From Mobula birostris (taxonomy: Eukaryota): DNA of 64,000 bases. Under the pieces are notes generated by a model that saw only the letters and a program-made list of their open reading frames with translations, did no database searches and had not been told where the DNA came from. Positions 62,021 through 64,000 of this stretch are shown piece by piece; position 1 is the stretch's first letter, and every line of letters starts with the position of its first letter. The stretch is from contig NC_092370.1 in the NCBI RefSeq assembly GCF_030028105.1, forward strand, positions 108,700,793-108,764,792, in the 5' to 3' direction. The position numbers and the translations under genes are program-made.

Positions 62021-62739
62021 TAAATCCTTGGGTGAATCTAAAATTATGTATTCATATGCTTACTTGCCCTTTTAAGTTAGTTTGTCACTTTAAATGTCTT
62101 TGAGCTGCATCCACAAAACTTCTTTGCTCTTGTAGCCACTGCAAATTATTTCCAATTATGCTACTTGTTTATTCTGTTCCTCCTAAAATATGATCAGTTC
62201 ACATTGTCAGTTTTTTGTCCATTGTATGTTAGTATTCTCTTAATATGCTGCTATGCTCGTTATTACCATGTTGTCAAATTTCATATAGTTGTATATTTTA
62301 AAATTGGGCTATCAATATCCAAATGAAAGTTAACTTTTTATATAAGCAGCCCAATAATTGTACTTGGAGATCCCACAGCATACACATCGCCATGAGAGAG
62401 AGAGAAATATTATCTACAGTTGTCTCAAATGTATGTTTTATTATTAACTTTTTATTCTCATAAATCCATTATTCTGTGTTATTTGAAACCCTTTGTATCT
62501 ACTTGCAGAACCTTGATTGGCAGTTTTCGTTATATCAAGTAATTCAGACAGTTGATGGGTAAATAAGTCGGTGCTGGTTTATCCTTAATAACATTTGCTT
62601 GGCCATGTAAGGATTAAGTTTGATTTTGACAGACATAAGTCATAGTTCTGCATTACAACATAGACTGACCTCTCTTTACTTGATTTCTACCATTTTTTTT
62701 CTGAACAGAACATTTGTAGTAGTGCTTCCCAAGGGTCTG

Positions 62740-63640
62740 TATGGACCACTTCTGTACACACCATATGGCAGTTATTTGGTTGGCTTTGTTGCCAAGTTTA
62801 CAGATAATATGAAGATAAGTGGAGGGGCAGGTAGCGTTGGAAGCCAAGAGACTGCAGAGGGACTTAGCCATAGGAAAATGGGCAAAGAAATGGCAGAAGT
62901 GTAGACTATTTTCTAAACGGGGAGCGAAAATCAGAAACCAGAGCTGTAAAAGGACTTGGGAGTCCCCATGCAGGATTCCCTAAAGGTTAACTAGCAGGTT
63001 TAGTCAGTGGTAAGGAAGGCAAGTGCAATGTTTGTGTTCATTTCCAGGACCAGAATATAAAAGCAAGGATGTAATGCTGGGGCAGACCACACTTAGAATA
63101 TAGAGAGCAGTTTGAGGCCCCTTATCTAAGAAAGGATGTGCTGGCATTGGAGGGTGGTCCAGAGAAAGTTCATAGGAATGATCTCAGGAAAGGTTGACAT
63201 TTGAGGAGTATTTAATGGGTTTCGGCCTGTACTTGCTGAAGTTTAGAAGAATGTGGGGGGGGGGGATCTCATTGAAACCTATTGAATATTAAAAACCTAG
63301 AGTGTTGGACTTGGAATGTTTCCCTTTAGTGGGGAACGTAGGACCAGAGTGCACAGCCTCAGAATAGAAGGACGGACATCCCTTTAGGACAGAGATGAGG
63401 AGGAAGAACTTTAGCCAGAGGGTGGTGAATCTGTGGAATTCATTGCTGCAGACAGCTGTGGAGGTCAAGTCATTGTGTATACTTGAAGCAGAGATGGGTA
63501 GGTTGTTGATTAGTAAGGGTGTCAAAGGTTATGGAGTGAAGGCAGGAGATTTGGATTAAGAGGGATAATAAATCAGTCATGATCAAAAGGAAGAGCAGAC
63601 TCAATGGGCCAAATGGCCTAATTCTGCTCCTGTGTTATTG
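62740..63640 (+). mobile_element. CR1 3' part, degenerate
   Basis: FVAKFTDNMKISGG, agagatgaggaggaagaactttagccagagggtggtgaatctgtggaattc, and 3' tail ctaattctgctcctgtg. Confidence 0.85.
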
Positions 63641-64000
63641 TATAATTCTTCCAGTAGAACATTGAACTGTATTTTTAAAGAAAATGAATTCATTGTGCAG
63701 AAATGTAATAAGAATATCTAAATTTATTAATTTTATCTTTTGATAAAGATTATTGTGATTGGTTTAGTCGTAAATTATGAACTGGTATTTAAGTGGACAA
63801 TTTGCGTTCTCTTATAAAATGAACTGACTTTTGGATTATGAGCATGATGACTATTCAGTAAAAAAAAAGATGCTGCATCATTGCAGTATAATTTTGATTG
63901 ATCTTCATTAGGTTTCCTTACCTGGCTAACTGAGTCGCTCACAAGCCACTTCTGATGTACTTTTCTAAAGAAAAGCCTTAAATATACAGAATTTTTAGAA

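Noticed and set aside
55903-64000. Search for OXSR1 exon 2 (SGATAVVQAA...)
   Set aside because: Not found by eye; presumably beyond the window.

Overview
Eukaryotic genomic DNA, most likely from a cartilaginous fish (ray/batoid), inferred from the CR1/HER1-like LINEs, Penelope repeats, DeuSINEs and the MyD88 sequence. The window holds the complete five-coding-exon MYD88 gene on the + strand (join 16660-16996, 28691-28777, 30806-30986, 32856-32947, 33718-33872; 852 nt, 283 aa). It also holds the promoter and first coding exon of OXSR1 (55833-55902), so the vertebrate MYD88-OXSR1 order is kept. Roughly half of the rest is decayed and often nested transposable elements: CR1, Rex1/Babar-like, RTE, L1-like, Penelope, Tigger, Harbinger, hAT, mariner and SINEs. 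Notable observations: (1) many short, often TSD-flanked Penelope-derived repeats carrying minimal hammerhead-ribozyme-like motifs, some arranged as fold-backs; (2) a shortened (87 nt) symmetric MYD88 exon 2 flanked by inverted CR1 ends; (3) a likely extra 5' non-coding MYD88 exon and an ETS/IRF promoter; (4) two CpG-rich promoter-like regions with no assigned gene (~7 kb and ~52.5 kb); (5) a two-copy ~0.83 kb non-coding element sharing a LINE 3' tail. I found no evidence of a wholly new multi-gene system. TE boundaries are approximate and were read by eye.
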